A DNA stretch of 61,823 nt, filler included, from Platydemus manokwari (Eukaryota): NCBI GenBank assembly GCA_037951405.1. It is 5 parts of 5 records of this genome, joined end to end, with 100 filler letters (N's around TTAATTAATTAA, not from the genome) between each part and the next. Parts side by side here need not be neighbours in the genome. Positions count along the whole stretch, not along the records: positions 1 to 10,052 come from JBBMOY011174100.1; positions 10,153 to 25,014 come from JBBMOY011381425.1; 3 more parts are not named here. The stretch is one strand, 5' to 3'. Below the pieces are notes generated by a model that saw only the letters and a list, made by a program, of their open reading frames with translations, had not been told where the DNA came from and did no database searches. This document shows, piece by piece, positions 1 to 18,208 of this stretch (the first letter of the stretch is position 1; every line of letters begins with the position of its first letter). A program made the translations under genes and the position numbers.

Positions 1-843
1 CATGCAAATCCCTTAATATCTCCAAACAAGAAATATATGACTTATACCACTTTCATAATCAAGGGCACATTTATATCAATAAAATGCGTACCATTTGTTG
101 TAATTTAAAATTTTAATTCATTTTAACATCCTCTCAAACAAGAATCTGAAAAATTAATTAGGAAAACATATTTTCATTTATTTCTCGCTAATTAGATTTT
201 CTATTTTAATTTCTTTTTTTCAATTTCTTTTATTTTGTATTATTTTATTCATTCAAATTAGTTTTATTTTTGTTTTGACTAACCGTTTGAATTTCATCAG
301 ATATAAAAGCGTTTTTAACGATGACAGCTTTTTGTTAAACCTCACAGAGTAAAGATTTATTTTCATTGTTGTAATCGTGAACAATTGAACTTGGTTAATA
401 TCATGTGTATTGAAAATCCATTCATCATTTACACTAGATTATTAGTGATTTGATTCGATTAATACGATTTAGAATTCCAGAGATATAGCATATCAAATAT
501 TTACAACTATGCTTATATAATTTTACACCTTTATTTACGATTTTATGCCAATTGGTTTGTATAAAGCAGAATATTAAATTAATTGTGAGAAATTTAAATT
601 TTTAAAGATTTAATTCATATATTTTGTATATAATTATATTTATTTCGTTGTCGTGATTTTTCAGTTCGTTTTCATAACATTGTAGTGACTTCAATTAATG
701 AAGTGAAAAATAGTGTTTTTTGGATTAATCTTAACATCAAGAATGAGCCATTTTGATTGAGAGATCTTTACACATCTTTAATAACTGTTTAATAACTCCA
801 ACATTTTGTAATTCCAAGTTTTATGACTTGTTTTTCAAAACAG

Positions 844-5117
<4,274 letters not shown>

Positions 5118-5694
5118 TTTCGTATTTTGTTTTTGAAATTTGTATTAATAAATTATATTTATAAAATTTAAATGTTTTCTCTGCCATTACTGTTTATTTT
5201 CAATTGATTCTAGCCTGTTAAATGATTATTAGAATATGACAAGAATTTTCAATCAGCAGAAAGTAGAGATTAGAATTTATTAGTTCGATGTTTCGGCCTG
5301 ATTTTGATTTACCAGGAGACAGGTCAATTACCCCCCCTTCATTTCATGTTATTGATATTAACAACAAGGATATCATATAAAAATCATAATACAAAATTAA
5401 CTTGTTTGCAAATATCTTTTCTTTAAGCTTATTAATTTTACCTTATAATTGTATTCGTAACGTCAAGGAATGAAAACGTAAATGTTAGTTGATCAATATT
5501 AATTGATAATTACTGTTTCAAGCATCTCCAAGCTGCATTTATTCATCATTCAAAGTAAAATGATTTGGTTTAGAAAAATATCAATATCTGTGATTTCTTT
5601 ACGATTTTATGCAGTTAAAACTAGCATTCTAATCTTGTAATCGATGAGTTTAGCTGCACAAATGATAGGTCTTTGATTGAGGCATTTGAGATTC

Positions 5695-6362
5695 TTATTC
5701 ATCACGATGAAGCTCATCTAACATGTTTATCGATTTATATTTCATAGAAATAGAAGCAATTTCTCGTAAACTCTCTTCTTTCAGACTTCTGTCTCCGCTC
5801 CTGTTGTTGGTTGGAATTTTAACTTCTGCATTTCTGTATTGTTGATGAACCTTGATTAACAGTAAAGATTGGCAATGTGAATTGTTATTGGTATACTTTT
5901 ACTAATATAATTATATGGCTGATTACCGATCCTGTAAACAATGAAGCTACGAATAGCATAACGATTCCCGCAGTTTCGTTTTCAGCAAAGACAACAAGTC
6001 CATTTATCCATCCACTAAAAATATTGTTGAAAAACATCGTATTGTAAATGATAATTTTCATAAAAGAAATTTTCTGTATCTCATTTTAACGCATCATGTA
6101 TGGTGACTTTTATTTTCAAACTTATGTCAAATCGAGAATTATTTTTCAACTATAAACGAAAAAGTGAATTTTGTAGCTGTGATGTATTTGTGAATGTTCA
6201 ATTAAATGAGATCAAAGTGGGATTTGTTCTTAATATGTTGTATATACAAAAATATCTAACCAAGATCCAAGCCAATTGACGCCGAGAGACTGTATACTGA
6301 TCACAATGATTTGACTGAACATAGCCAAGAAGAAAATGAAATATTGAATCGAGCTATCGAAT
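5695..6362 (-). CDS. SCAMP: Secretory carrier membrane protein (SCAMP), 3' exons 6362-6261, 6014-5897, 5850-5695. 5' exons not found.
   Basis: Spliced minus-strand translation (R)FDSSIQYFIFFLAMFSQIIVISIQSLGVNWLGSC-GWINGLVVFAENETAGIVMLFVASLFTGSVISHIIILVK-VHQQYR matches the SCAMP TM3/TM4 pattern (SDSSxxFFxFF...GxxGW...VHxxYR). GT-AG introns are in phase. Confidence 0.82.
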
Positions 6363-8048
6363 CTATTAAAACAAAAACTAAATATTAATAATTATATTTT
6401 TTCCAATGAGATAATTAGAATCAATCAAATGATAATATTGAATTGAGTAACTAATTAATGAAAACGTGAAAATAAAATATTGGTCAAGTATTTGTGTATT
6501 AACAATTGTAACAGCTGTAAGTCTTTATAAGTGATTCCCTGTTTCTATCTCAATGTTGATCCATGTGCTTTACAGGTATAAATCTCGTTAATAATTCTAT
6601 TATTGTTCTATTATTAGATTTGTATATAAATATTAGTCATATTTACAATTGAATATTATTATCGTTTCTATTGATAATCATTATTTTCAAAATTATTGAT
6701 TATCCGTATTATGTTTTGTTAATATAAATATTATTACATAATAATTATTGCAAGTCGCTACTCTTTCATAAGGCAAGCACTGAAAGCTAACTTATCGCTA
6801 CGTCACTAAATTATATTTTAATAACAATTATTCATTTTATTATAAATTCTCCCATTCTCCTTTAGGTAAAATCTTTGATTTCCTCTGAATTCTTAATTAT
6901 TTTTGTATCAAATTCTCTAGACATTTATGCACATATAAATTTATATTTCTTCTCTACTTTATGTTATCTTTATATCATCTCTGTATATTTTTATATCTTC
7001 TTTTTATCTTATGTTTCAATTCTTTATAACATCTCTATACCATTTTTATGTGTTTTGTAAATCCCCACTTTTACTTTATATCTTCTAATCCAATTTTTCT
7101 ATATCAAATTCACATCTTTTTTATATTTTCTCTTCTTTACTTCCATGCCATGGACATTCTAAGAATCGAATTCAAATGCGTGGTCGCCATGTTTTTATTG
7201 TTCACTAATAACGTTTGGCCTTAAAACATTTAAAAGACAGTCAAATAATATCGTTCTTGATGAGTTTCTTTTACTTACTGAAATCACATGATATTCAGTA
7301 GTATGTTTATTGATAATCATTAATAAAACCCCTATAAAAATGTCATTCATTTTACGGATCGATATATTATTTGATAACTTGTAACTCTACTTGTTTCGTA
7401 ATCGAATATTATTATTTAACAATTTCGAGGTCTGAAAATTCGCCGATAATATCCAATACACACATAATAATAATTCGAGTTTAATCACAATGTTTAGAAA
7501 ATGAAAGACACAATTTAAACAAGAAGCTTGACTAATATGGATGCTATTATCTAAGAAACAAAATAATTCAAGTAATGACAAAACCTAATTTGCCGAAAGC
7601 CTCGTCCATTGATGAATATTAATGAAGAATATTTCGTGATAGAGCTAATAAAAGTACAAAATAAAACCAAAGTACATAAAATCAATTTTGTTTATCATTG
7701 GAACATAAACAACAACAAATCAAACCAATAACATTACTCTGATAATACATGTCATAGCAACGAAATTCGCTGACAAATTACCGTCTGTAATTCAACTTTG
7801 TCATTAGCATGGATCAAGAAATGTTTCACTTTCATTGAGAATTTATTGAATTAAATAATACGACTTTGTGCTATTGGGGATATGTTTTGAACATCAACGG
7901 AATACATGGCGATCGTATACATTAGAGATTTGCTAAAACAAGAAATATGTTTCCCTAGATAAATATTTCTTTCAATAAATATCACTTTCAGAAATACTTC
8001 AAGTCATTAACCACGTCGTTTAAATAATGGTTTTTTTGTTTTTTACAG

Positions 8049-9952
8049 AAATGATGCAACCTCCATATTGGCAAAATTATCCACGCTGGAGACTCTTAAT
8101 ACATGGATTAGTGAACAGCAAATATTTCGATCTGGCAATTGCGGGAATTATCGGATTAAATGTCATTACCATGGCAATGGAGTTCTACATGATGCCTTAT
8201 GTTGGTATTACTTTTCTAGTTCAGATTTGTGTCATCGATGGCTGCAGTTAAATAATTTGATGAATTTATTATTATAAAAATTACAATGGCTAACATATTG
8301 ATTTTATTCTGATATCAAGGATCAATAAATAAACCTTAGTTATTGGAATAAGTGTGCTTTGAAGAATTTAAAATTTATTACGCACCTATTTTTATCATAC
8401 TAATGAGGAATGGAGATTCGATCTGGTTTCTACATTATCATATCCGTCTGGCACACACACACATATTTTCAAAATAATCGATTAGGTGAAAATTTCTAAA
8501 ATAATTTTTCAAATCGAAATTTATTTTTCACTTAATTATTCAAAATAGAATCGCCTTGTAGTATTAATTGAAACAAAATAACATTTTATTTTAAAATTAT
8601 TTTCTCTCAAAAATAACAACAAAATCGAATATAATAAAACAAGAGAGGAAAATATATAGTTCTTAAAATTTTCATTATTCTAACCAAGTTTCTCTCTCTC
8701 TCGATTAATGGAGTATTTCTTTTTTGAGATTCATTTATGGAATATATTTTCCTTTGCTGAGCAAACTTCCGTAGTCAGGATATTTTTACAGATTTTCCTG
8801 TACATAATGAACTGCAATTTATACCAATCATTTACTGACATTATCTTTATCGAATGATGCTTTTTCATAACGATATTCCATTATCAATCAACAATTTTAT
8901 CATCATTCAATATTATATTGTCTCGAATAAAAAATTACAATGAATTTTTCCATACATATAAAACGCATCTTAAGGACTTCCTGAATTAGGAGAATTGAAA
9001 TCTAAATTGTTTAGAAAAAGAATAAGATCAGGGAAAATCTGATGAATAAAAATCCCTGTTATTAATAATCTGTAATAATAATCAGTAAATATCATAGTGT
9101 CGCTATGTACCTATGGGAATTTCGGTTATTTTATTTAATTTTTTATTATATTATTGGTTAGTTCTCAAAAAAAATAAAATAGCTGTTAGAAAAGATTAAA
9201 GAATGCTTCATTTCAATTGATCTTAGCAAAATTCCTTGATTAGCTGGGATTCGGGATTTAAAAAAAATATAAAATCTCTTAAATAATCATGGAAATATTT
9301 CTCAAGATTATCAGTAATGAATTCTTCGAGAAAGTGAATGTTTGCAATGGGAAAGTGGGGGGGGGGGTAAATGACCCTCAGTGAAAAACATTTATTGTTC
9401 TATTTGCGATGAACTTGGTAGTCTTTACACAAATGATCAAACATTCATTGTCTTCATTTTGTTTTAAAATTATGTTCACTTCAATCGATAGGTTAAACGA
9501 AACATTTCTAAAGACGTATTTGTGATTATCATTATTGTAAATTCTAATCAAACATTTATTCCGACCAGTTTCGAAATGAAACTGATTTATCAATCATTTT
9601 TCTTTATGTTATCAATATTATTATATATAATATCATCAACAATATGTTGTAAAAACTTTTTTAAACAATGGATCCATTTGAGAGCCGTCTGTGCTCCTCA
9701 GGTTTGTGTATTTTTAGTTAACCTAATAACGAACAACAAAAATTGATTCATAACTTAATTCATAAATCTGCACTCATTTTTAAGATGGAGAAGTTAATTT
9801 AAAAATACTTATAATTAGTGAAATAATATGTCATTATTTCAGGAACTAGAATTGGTACTGAAGAGTTTAAACTACATTTTTACATCAGTATTTGTGATTG
9901 AGGCTCTGATAAAAACATCGGCATTCGGGCCTAAGCGATACATAGTGGATAG
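8049..9952 (+). CDS. T-type (Cav3) voltage-gated calcium channel alpha-1 subunit, two internal exons (8049-8200, 9843-9952) encoding domain IV S1-S2
   Basis: PYWQNYPRWRLLIHGLVNSKYFDLAIAGIIGLNVITMAMEFYMMP | ELELVLKSLNYIFTSVFVIEALIKTSAFGPKRYIVDR matches invertebrate Cav3 IVS1/IVS2. AG/GT boundaries are in phase 0. Confidence 0.85.
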
Positions 9953-10052
9953 GTAATTTTATGTTTGTTTAATATTTTATGAAATAATAATGTTTGATAA
10001 AATATAGTAAAATTTAATTAATATTGTATTATTATTATTATTATTATTATTA

Positions 10053-10152
10053 NNNNNNNNNNNNNNNNNNNNNNNNNNNNNNNNNNNNNNNNNNNNTTAA
10101 TTAATTAANNNNNNNNNNNNNNNNNNNNNNNNNNNNNNNNNNNNNNNNNNNN
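10053..10152. other. Artificial contig spacer (N44-TTAATTAATTAA-N44)
   Basis: 100-bp N run with a six-frame stop linker. The contig before it ends in (ATT)n. Confidence 0.97.
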
Positions 10153-10450
10153 TTTAAATTTGTAGAGTGTATTTCATAAATATATATAGTTTATTTAATC
10201 AAATTTTTTTAAATTTGTAGAGTGTATTTCATAAATCTATATAGTTTATTTAATCAAATTCTTTTAAAATATTTTGAATTTTTATTTAAGCACTTGTGAA
10301 CAATTTTAGTTGTTTATAATCAAATATTATATACGCTGAACTTTTAATGTCTACTAATTCTTTGAAAAACTGGTCAAAGTAGGTCAAAATGCAATTAATT
10401 GAAAATTAGTGTGAACCATTTTTTAACTTTAAAACCAAATGGAACGATAA
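10153..10450. repeat. Dispersed AT-rich repeat, with a second copy at ~26,920-27,170
   Basis: TTTAAATTTGT(A/G)GAGTGTATTTCA...TATATAGTTTATTTAAT...TTTTTATTTAAG(C/T)ACTT...TTGAAAATTAG is shared with 26,920-27,170. Confidence 0.75.
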
Positions 10451-10599
10451 AATTTTAGTTTCTTGTAAAAAGTGACTTGAAAATCATTGAAAAGTGCCAG
10501 GAAATAGATACTTGTGTTTGATCTGAAAATAAGTATATTAATATTTATTTAACAGATTGGATATATAGACCCAAGACTTGTCGATCCAATGTTTATACA

Positions 10600-11265
10600 A
10601 CAATTTACCACAAAATGACCCTTTCGACTGTTTCTAGCAAGTGGAGGTGTAATGCACGACAATGTCGGGAAAAAATCAATCTTTGAAAAGGAACTTGACT
10701 GGCGTAGTGTAGGATGTAGTTTAGGACGGTAATTCTTTTCATATGTTGATGGTCAAAAAATATGACAACAATTAAATTCCGCTAAGAAAAATTATCTAGT
10801 GGTCACACGACTGCTGTTTACCCGAAGAAGTTTCTTTGCGAAACTTTCACTTGGCAGCTTTTGCAGACTCCAAAAATTGTCGGAGCCCCAGGTTTGCACG
10901 TCGACACCAATGAAATAAGAGTTCTTTCCCAGCAGCGGATTTCCGGAGGGATCTATCCGGAGAAGTGTTCATGTATGCAGTGCCAGATTGAAATGGTGCC
11001 ACTCCGTTAGACACAATCCAGGCTTGCATAGCTCCTGGCTTAATCATCATTGATGATATGATGGCATCGTATCAATGAATTGAAATGATGATTGCCATGA
11101 ATCACACTGATAAAACGATTAATCATACGGATAACTTTGTGGATCAAATGTCTTGAGCTCACGCACAAGCCATCGAATCTTTCTGGCACGTCTAAAAGAC
11201 GCAGAATAAGCGTCAATGCGGTCCACATAGATCTTTAGTGGACAGCTACTTATGTGAGTTAGTTT
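10600..11265 (+). pseudogene. Merlin/ISXO2 (IS1595-like) DDE transposase relic
   Basis: Frameshifted, stop-containing translation: WRCNARQCREKI (Zn finger), VFMYAVPD*NGATPLDTIQACIAPGLIIIDDMMASY, TINHTDNFVDQMS*AHAQAIESFW, LVDSYLCE. These match the Merlin motifs I.PG..I.SD, VNHS..FVDP..G.HTQ.IE..W and L.SYL.EF. Confidence 0.8.
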
Positions 11266-11619
11266 GACATGTCTCGATATCACCATCTTCAATTAGAACT
11301 AAAAATACGTTTCATATCCTCTTTTTATAATCCGTTTTGGGTAGTAGAGTTTAACTGGAAAAGATCCATAATAAATTTACTAATGATAATATAAAATATT
11401 ATTATTATTTAACAGAAAAATTAATTTATAAAAGGTTGTGGAAGAATTCAAAAATATGAATAAATATTTTGAAAATAATTATTTGTTATATTTTAATGCT
11501 AATAATTGAAATGATTTGGCAATGAGTTAACAACTAAAACACAAAAATTTCAGATTGTTAAATTATTGTTATCAATATCTTATTACAATAATATTTTAGC
11601 CTAATTCGTAGATGAATTT

Positions 11620-12250
11620 AACCGAGACTCTGAACAAGAATTAATTTTAGAAGTTAATTTTGACTTTCAAGATAAACAATTAACTAAAGATTTTCCATTA
11701 GAACCTGAAAAAAAGATAGTTGATTTTAGAATATTTAGTTAAAATCAAATGACAAGATAAGAAAAAAATTCTCATTTAACTAAATTATTTATTTGTGATC
11801 AAACAGATAGATATGAAAATAAAACGAATAAATAGAGTAGTGATTTATAATCATAATCCATGGTTGAAAGAATATGTTCAATTGAATTCTAATTTTCGAA
11901 CTAAGAGCACATTCGACTTCAAAAAATATTTCTAAAAATTAATGAATAACAATTTTTTTGGTAAAACGATTAAAAATTTAAGGAAATGCAAAAATATGAA
12001 ATTAGTTACAGTTAATGAAAGAAAACACAATACTAAACCAACTAATAAAAGATTCATAAAATTTAGTGATGAATCATTTGCGATTCATTATCTTAAAGAA
12101 CAAGTAAAGTTAAACAAACCGATTTATTTAGGATTTTGTATTTTAAAATTAAACAAATTATTAATGAATGAATTTTATTATAAAGTTCCTAAATCTGAAT
12201 ACAAAAATAAAATAGAAGTATTACATATTGATATAGACCTTTGCAGATGA
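11620..12250 (+). pseudogene. Protein-primed family B DNA polymerase fragment (Polinton/Maverick/adintovirus-like)
   Basis: ILEVNFDF, DFPLEPEK, PWLKEYVQLN, KLMNNNFFGKT (motif B KLxxNSxxGK), KPIYLGFCILKLNK and the degenerate motif C HIDIDL (YxDTDS). Contains stops and frameshifts. Confidence 0.8.
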
Positions 12251-15200
12251 CATTTATCAAGATATAAATTCTTCTTAAACTATTTTTTGATTCATAAAAT
12301 AATTAGAAGTATTACTTGCGATTAATGCATCGTTATCAGTGTTATATAAGATATTTATCAAAACTATTCCTGCCCAGAAACTGCAAGCAATGAACACCTC
12401 ATAAATTGAGATAATAGCTAAAAGAAATAAAATTATCGGGATAGGACCACACTACATGAGCTTTCTCTAAATAAGCAAATCGGATGAAATGAGTGATTTG
12501 GTGATCGAAAATAAATCTATCATTTAGAACGAGTTCAAGAATATTTATAAAAGAACGATCAACATTTATGAAATAAAACAGGCTTCACAGATATTTGCGC
12601 GCCGAGCCATAGATATGATTTTCAGTGTCAGGACAAGAAACAGAGATAAATGAGTTTCAAGAATGTCTTCAATGTTCAATGCAGCATTTATTATAGAGCT
12701 GGATTCAATTTATTTTTCATGCTTATTGCTTTCATGACACTTCTACTTATTAATTTATTGTTCGTGATTACACCCGACAATTTTTTAGTCAAAATCGCAA
12801 AACAAAATTAATTTTATTTTGGTTGTCTTTACTGGTCTTTGGTAAGAGATTTGTATTGAAATTACATCGCTTGTGAAAAAACAAAACAGTGATATATTTT
12901 TATGAAACAAATAAGTGATAAAATTAAGAGGTCACGAGAATTAATTATCAAATTATCGATTTATCTTGTGGCAAACACTTATTAATTTATTAAATATCTT
13001 TTGAACTCACATATATATTATATAATTTATGGCAGTTACTGGTTCTAAGGGGTTTCAGTAATGGGTATGAAGACCAAGCTATTGGAAAAATGGTTTCTGA
13101 ATTTATCTAAAGGATTTATTGCGGCTAAGGCAATGAGTACTCTAACTAAGTTGTACTTAATTATGATGAGAAAACTGAACGATTGATTGGCGTTGCAATC
13201 TGAAATTAATAAATTTAATTTTCGAACACAAAGGAAAACAACTGAAGTTATCAACACAAAAATATTAGCAAATAGTCGGTACGTTGCCCCAGCAAGTAGC
13301 CAACACAATCCCAAGAAGAAGGAGAGAAGCGGTCAAATAAATAGGAGATGAAATTTGATTTTTCTTCCTCAAAGTGATTACGCTGACTTCAGTTATATCC
13401 TCGCTATCGGTGTGAGTCAAAAGTGTTCCCGGTTCTGGTTTAAGATTGGTATTTATACCTTGCTGAAATGTCTCCAGCGTTTCTATTCTTAATAACCTGA
13501 TCGTCCGTTATTAACGGGGTCTGCTTTTATTATTTTTTGATTTCTTCATGCTCACGTTTGTACTTGTTGTGGTTTTTGATATAATTTTAAAATACTAACA
13601 TATGTTTCTCTTATTTTTTACTTTTAATATTCATATTATTATAATTCCACTGTGTTATTATATTTATACCTTATTGTAATTTTGGCATTATACTTCAAAT
13701 ACCTTATTTTATTTGTAACTTATTATATCTAGATATATATTTTAACATCTATAAATTGATAGATATTTAATCGCCATTTTGACATATTTTATATTAATAT
13801 TTACTGTATTTTTTATAATATTATTATTCCTAAAATCTGCCATGACTCCTCTCCCTCCGCTTCTTTACATTATTTATAGAAATAGTTTCAAAACATGATA
13901 AAATTTTCAATTATAAACACAATTATTTTATTAAACAATAAAGTAAACATAAAATTGTCACAACAGGACCATTGTCACAAATGTCATGTTGGGCTAATTG
14001 TTGCAGCAATTGGTTGGGTTGAGGCCAGCTTTGAATTCGGATTAGATGAACTTGAATTCGGGTGACTTTCACGCTCATAGTCAAGAGTATGTATAAGTTA
14101 TAATGCATTGCATTTCTTATTTATATGTTATAATACATTGTTGTATTGGTTTTTCTATTGTATATTTGTTTGACTTTTGATGTGTTTGGTTGCGCTTTAT
14201 TCCTTACTAATGTGCTCGTTGATTCCAATCGGACTTCTAACGATTGGTTACGTTCGATAGAAGTAGTTCATAAAGTAAATAGCAATATAATAATAAATGA
14301 ATAACGATAACTCACTGAAATAATATATAATTATTAATCAAAATAATACAAAAATTAGTTACAATTAGTTAATATGTTTGTTAACAAAGAACTGGCGAAG
14401 CGTGGCTTGCTCAACCAGAGGGCAAGAATCACGATACGGGTGGACCGTACAATTAAATAAAACCTATTAAAAAGTTAAAAAGATGGGAGAAAAATGAAGA
14501 GTTAATTTAGTTGATACCGAATCTATCGACACCGTATAGAAAGAATACTCAAATATTTCGGTCTTTTCCTATCTGATCAACTGTTCGTCTGATGGCGGAG
14601 AGTTTCTATGCGCTGATTCCGGTAGCTAAATTCTCTGACAGTAGTTGCGTTCGGTGCTGAAACTGTTCGTAGTGATTACTGTTCTAGTAATTTTATGGCG
14701 ATTTTTACTGAATTACTATCCGCTTATATATCAATTTTCGTTGTGTTGTCACCCAATCGTAATTTTTCTATATTTAGTATGACGTAATTCTATTTATAGT
14801 TTGTTTATTTATCTTACTATCTTTGTATTTTACAAATTCCATATTTGATCATGTGTCTATTTTAGGAATTACGTCATTACTATTTTAGGACTTTGGTCTA
14901 TTTTTGTAATTTTAATTATGTGATTATATTTGTGGGTGTAATATGTTGTCGATGATTCACTGTGGGTGGATTCGGATCCTAACACTCCTATATTGAATCG
15001 AATTACCTTTGCAATGCCCTGTGGAAGAGCAAAGTGAAATTCATTCTTGAAACTTCGACGAAACAGATGCATTAGCCAAAATTAATGCTAACATCATAAT
15101 CAGGGAATTCATTCATCATGCACATGGACTATCACATAATATAAATTAATTATTTTCTGATGAAATCTACTTCTTTCTGGTACAATCATGTCGAAAACAT

Positions 15201-17389
15201 CAAATTTGCAAATACACCTCAAACCATCATCGACAATTTATCAAGTCCATAAACTAAATTGTACTGGGTTGTGGTTGATGATAATTTTATTCAACTCAGC
15301 AGCGTGAGTTCTGAAAGTTTTATCAAATGACACAATAACACAATTAGTAGAATAAGATTTATTCGAAATAACGTACAATTTAACACGGACAAATATGTTT
15401 TAATAAACAAATCTGCAAGAACGCTCGGTTTTCCTTATGATTTTATGGTACAGATTTTATTATTTTATTTTGCTGTATGAACCAAAAAGCCCGTCACTTT
15501 TAGTGTAAATTATTATGTGTATTTATCAAAAATTATTCTTTTACCGAAAGTTTAGAAATCAATAGTATAAAATTTCGGTAGCTAAAATGTGAAGTGATGA
15601 ATTCAACTAGATTTCTAACTCGGGAGATTTTTGAGAATGAATTGATCATTTTGAGCATCGACTTACATAGTTATCGACATCGAGTGCTTTATACCCATGA
15701 TGGTAGACTAGAATTTATTATTTTCGATACTTTGTACCGTAATTTCTATTGAATATTTTAAAATATCATGAATTTTAAACGATTATTATTTCTACATTTT
15801 AAAATCTTACTAATTCATTTTGGCATTACAAATTATTAATTGGTTTTTATTTTATTTTTCCTTAATTAATTTATTTCTGTTGATTTTTTTTCTTCATTGA
15901 TTTAATTTATTATCATAAATATAATTTATAAATGTATATCTTATATATGAAAAAATTTTACAAATTATCATAAAAATAGCATCAATGTTTTGGATTTATC
16001 AAATTATCAAAATTGAATAAAATGTTTCAAATTTAGATTTACAAATGATCACAGAAGATCAAGATAATTAATAGTGAAGTGTTTAAGATTATAATAAAAT
16101 ATTTCACAGTCAGAATCAAAATCATATATTAAAAAATATTTGTCAGACATTGAAGTCTGGAATCATTATTGGGATTTTGGAATTCGTAGATTTACAGCAG
16201 CTGGAATTTAAAATTTCCACTAACCTCAAATGTCTAATTCTATGCTCTAGCTGTTTTTCCCCGTGAATCTTTCTTCTCTTCCTAGCTCTTTTTAGACTGG
16301 ACTTTGCTGCAAGGTGACATTGGTTTTTATTGGTCTTTTAAATTCTTCGATGGTTAGACCCTGTTTTTCTGATGTTGTTTGTGATTTTGATGGTTGTGTG
16401 GCTTAAGGTTTGGTTTCAGCGATCTTCTTCCTCCATGTACCATATGAGCTAATGCCGATGGGTATTTTTTATCCAGGTAGAGCACTAGCCGATCTATCCA
16501 AATACTTGTCAGTACCAAAATTGGATGCTCCCGACCAGAATTGGATTTCAGATAGATTTCTCATGATTATTCGGAAAGCATCAACAAAAACCAGCTAAAT
16601 CAATTTTTATTTCGATTTTGAGGATTCTTTCATCGCGCCATATAGAAACCTGTTTGTTTATGATAAATTTGTACAGAGGTAATATGAAAGTATGATGAGA
16701 TTGAAACAATAATTAATGTTCTGTTGGGTTTGGGTTATTTTAATTGGTGTTGTGACACTCGATAGCGTGAATTCTTATATGTATATTAACGTTTGCTTAT
16801 TAAAGATCATAATACAGGCATGCACATAATCAACGCATGTATTTATTTATAAAAATTATTTTCAATCAAATAGTATTTGTATAGTTTAACTGACAGAGAC
16901 ATTTTAAAACAAAACGCATGAACTCCTTGATATCCTTATTGATTTTTGAAGATAGATTCTTTAATAACACGTTATACTGGATGTATAGTGGGATGACATC
17001 CCCACGTTATGATTATTTACTGCTTAGAACAATTTTCTTGTTCTGATTTTTGTTTATTTTGTTGATTTTATTGATTCATTATTCAGTTGAGAATTCACAC
17101 TGTTCTTATTATCTTTCGACGTAAAATTGATTAAATACATTAATATATTAAAATTTTTAGAGATACGAAAAAGAAAATTAATAACTACAAGGTATTAAGT
17201 AATCTTTTAATATTTACCCTCAACAATGCGAACAGATCAACGTTATATATGCTAGCCATCTTTGCTTGTTTAAATCTATTATTGATGTTCACTTCTGTAT
17301 AATATCATTTGATTAACAATTCTTATTAATAATAAGTTTTAATTTTATGTTGTTTTCACCAAATTGAGTTCCAGTAGTAATCCGTTTTG

Positions 17390-18208
17390 ATGCAAAATTG
17401 TTTTGATTATCTTTTAAAATTTTTGATCATTGGTAATACTAGCACCGGTAAATCATGCTTATTGCTTCGGTTTACGGAAAATAAATTTGCTGAAAATAAG
17501 CAGCACACCATAGGAGTTGAATTTGCTAGCAAAATCATATGCGTTGGAAATAAAAAATTAAAGCTACAAATTTGGGATACGGCAGGTTTAATTGATTAAT
17601 ATTTTATTGGTTAATTAGATTTTATTGATTTCATTACATTGTTACATGATTTGTCGAATTTTTTACAGTTGAATAGAATTTATTTTCTCCAAAAATAATC
17701 ATCGTGCAGCTTTTGATTATTGTATTTAGGACAAGAACGATTTCGCTCAGTCACCAGATCTTATTATAGAGGAGCTGCTGGAGCTTTACTGGTATATGAT
17801 ATTACAAATCGATCTTCCTTCACAGCTATCGGTAAATGGTTAGCGGACACTCGACATTTAGCAGATCCTGATGTGACAATTGTTCTAGTTGGGAATAAAT
17901 CCGATTTAGAATCACATCGCGAAGTAACGAAATCAGAAGCGCAAGCCTTCGCCAATGAAAACAATTTGATTTTCATTGAAACATCAGCATGCACCAGTGA
18001 AAATGTTGAAGAAGCATTTATCAATTGCAGTCGTACAATTCTGTCCAATATCGAATCTGGCAGTCTGGATCCCGACCGAATTGGATCCGGTGTTCAAGTT
18101 GGTAGTGAAAGGAATTTGAATCTCAATCCGAAAATATCTGTTAGCAATTATCGTGGTAAATCTCTGACATCGGAATTGAGAAAAGCTACTGCAGATTGTC
18201 AATGTTAA
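17390..18208 (+). CDS. RAB4: Rab4 small GTPase, exons 17390-17585 and 17730-18208
   Basis: [33 protein letters not shown]|[34 protein letters not shown], the Rab4-specific [16 protein letters not shown] and a C-terminal CQC prenylation motif. One phase-1 GT-AG intron. Confidence 0.95.

Noticed and set aside
6850-7140. Hydrophobic 61-aa ORF and other short F/I/L-rich ORFs
   Set aside because: By-products of AT-rich or low-complexity sequence, with no splice or homology support.
7585-7645. Candidate upstream SCAMP exon (SITKYSSLIFINGRGFRQIR, phase-compatible)
   Set aside because: Lacks the conserved CWYRPxYKAFR E-peptide, so it is not supported.
10153-10265. ~56-bp direct tandem duplication
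   Set aside because: Lies at the very edge of a contig inside a repeat, so likely an assembly edge artefact.
13957-14460. LTR plus PBS-like TGGCGAAGCGTGGC
   Set aside because: No matching second LTR, TSD or recognisable gag; too weak to call.
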